From IMG/VR virus record IMGVR_UViG_3300029183_000037, positions 1 through 26,810 of that record: a stretch of 26,810 nt of DNA, one strand, 5' to 3'. This document shows positions 26,287-26,810 of the stretch, piece by piece (positions within the stretch are counted from its first letter, which is position 1; each line of letters opens with the position of its first letter). Under the pieces are notes generated by a model. The model was given only the letters and a program-made list of their open reading frames with translations, ran no database searches and was not told where the DNA came from. The translations under genes were made by a program, and so were the position numbers. This DNA is from a virus. Taxonomy: Duplodnaviria; Caudoviricetes.

Positions 26287-26793
26287 TGAATGGCAGCATC
26301 ATCTACATAGATAATCGAGAACCTGAACATATCCAGAAAATGAAATGGGATGGTGCATTAGTCACCATCTCACATCTGGAATTTGGTGACGTGAAAATTG
26401 TTACACCGAAAGGCGAAACAATTCTAATTGAGCGTAAATCTCCTCGTGATTTTTTGGATAGTTTGAAAGATAGGCGATTGTTTAATCAAGTAGCTGGCCT
26501 TGTAGGGGTTGCGCCCTATGCCTATGTTGTTATCAATGGATTATTTTCCACTAATGACGGCAATGTTCTTTATACGAGACACGGAGCTTGGCAGGAATGC
26601 AGTTGGACGTGGGCATCCCTACAAGGTAGTTTGCTGTCAATTCAAGAATTAGGTTGTCATATTGTTTATGACCCTGACTTTCATGGCGCAGTAAAACGGC
26701 TGGCAACTCGTTCACGCAATCCGGTCAAAATTGCACCAATGCGAGAAGCGCATGTGTTCAGTCCAGAGGAAACGATATTAACCGCCTTTCCTG
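26286..26793 (+). CDS. ERCC4/XPF-family nuclease, 3' truncated
   Basis: IYIDNREP...LEFGDV...ILIERKS..DFLDSLKDRRLFNQ contains the GD-x-ERK motif. The start of an HhH (LTAFPG) is cut by the primer. Confidence 0.88.
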
Positions 26794-26810
26794 GATCGTG
26801 ACTGGGAAAC
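26794..26810 (-). other. Library amplification primer, reverse complement
   Basis: GATCGTGACTGGGAAAC is the exact reverse complement of 1-17 and truncates the ERCC4 ORF. Confidence 0.92.

Larger units (their letters stand above)
48..26626. repeat. Dispersed over-represented motif CTACAAGG(C)/(G)CCTTGTAG, 35 exact 8-mer copies
   Basis: Manual count of 8-mer starts. Plus: 454, 674, 1115, 1621, 3391, 5929, 6313, 8846, 8942, 9252, 10228, 11061, 11698, 13481, 15712, 16152, 17955, 18984, 19479, 20864, 22882, 23542, 25863, 26619. Minus: 48, 1290, 2529, 8510, 9531, 10743, 13454, 16607, 18097, 22665, 26498. Confidence 0.95.
18..26793 (+). mobile_element. Siphovirus-type tailed phage/prophage genome fragment with a near-complete virion morphogenesis module
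   Basis: terS, terL, portal, protease/MCP, neck, tail tube, frameshifted chaperone, TMP, Dit and tail tip are colinear on +. No sheath gene and no integrase are seen in the window. Confidence 0.96.

Noticed and set aside
1753-26330. Minus-strand and nested alternative-frame ORFs in the track
   Set aside because: They are shadows of well-supported, tightly tiled + strand genes and show no recognisable motifs.
48-26626. CTACAAGG as a by-product of protein repeats or as a REP/MITE family
   Set aside because: It occurs in unrelated proteins in four frames, and apart from 13448-13494 the copies have no shared palindromic body or insertion signature.
376-26793. Stop-codon reassignment
   Set aside because: Genes tile densely under the standard code, and TAA, TAG and TGA all serve as stops.
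1-26810. 17-bp terminal inverted repeats suggesting a linear genome or transposon
   Set aside because: The sequence is a known amplification primer, and it cuts the ERCC4 gene, whose apparent stop at 26799-26801 lies inside the primer.

Overview
This 26.8-kb fragment comes from a long-tailed (siphovirus-type) dsDNA phage or prophage, and all credible genes are on the + strand. Both ends carry the random-amplification primer GTTTCCCAGTCACGATC, so the termini are artefactual. Gene order: LexA-like wHTH regulator, terS, small membrane/hypothetical genes, terL, a secreted PT-linker protein, a repeat-fibre/adaptor trio, a portal with MuF-like extension, a secreted GH-A glycoside hydrolase, three small membrane proteins, an in-frame protease-major capsid ORF, decoration/neck/tail genes, a tail chaperone with a -1 frameshift, tape measure, Dit with a beta-propeller insert, a Gp37-like tail-tip protein, a C1q-like protein, then an early-type block (pentapeptide repeat, RHH, unknown, ERCC4 nuclease). 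Exported-protein motifs suggest a Chloroflexota host (inference). The most striking signal is the non-palindromic 8-mer CTACAAGG (consensus C/A-rich-C-CTACAAGG-C), which I counted by eye 35 times on both strands against under 1 expected. It is embedded in coding sequence in four different reading frames, forms an inverted-pair hairpin, and lies in promoter spacers, which suggests a DNA-level recognition system. Other signals are a duplicated 21-bp promoter element, a candidate anti-SD sRNA ahead of terL, and a possible lysis cassette built on a glycan hydrolase instead of an endolysin. All annotations are from manual reading with no database searches.
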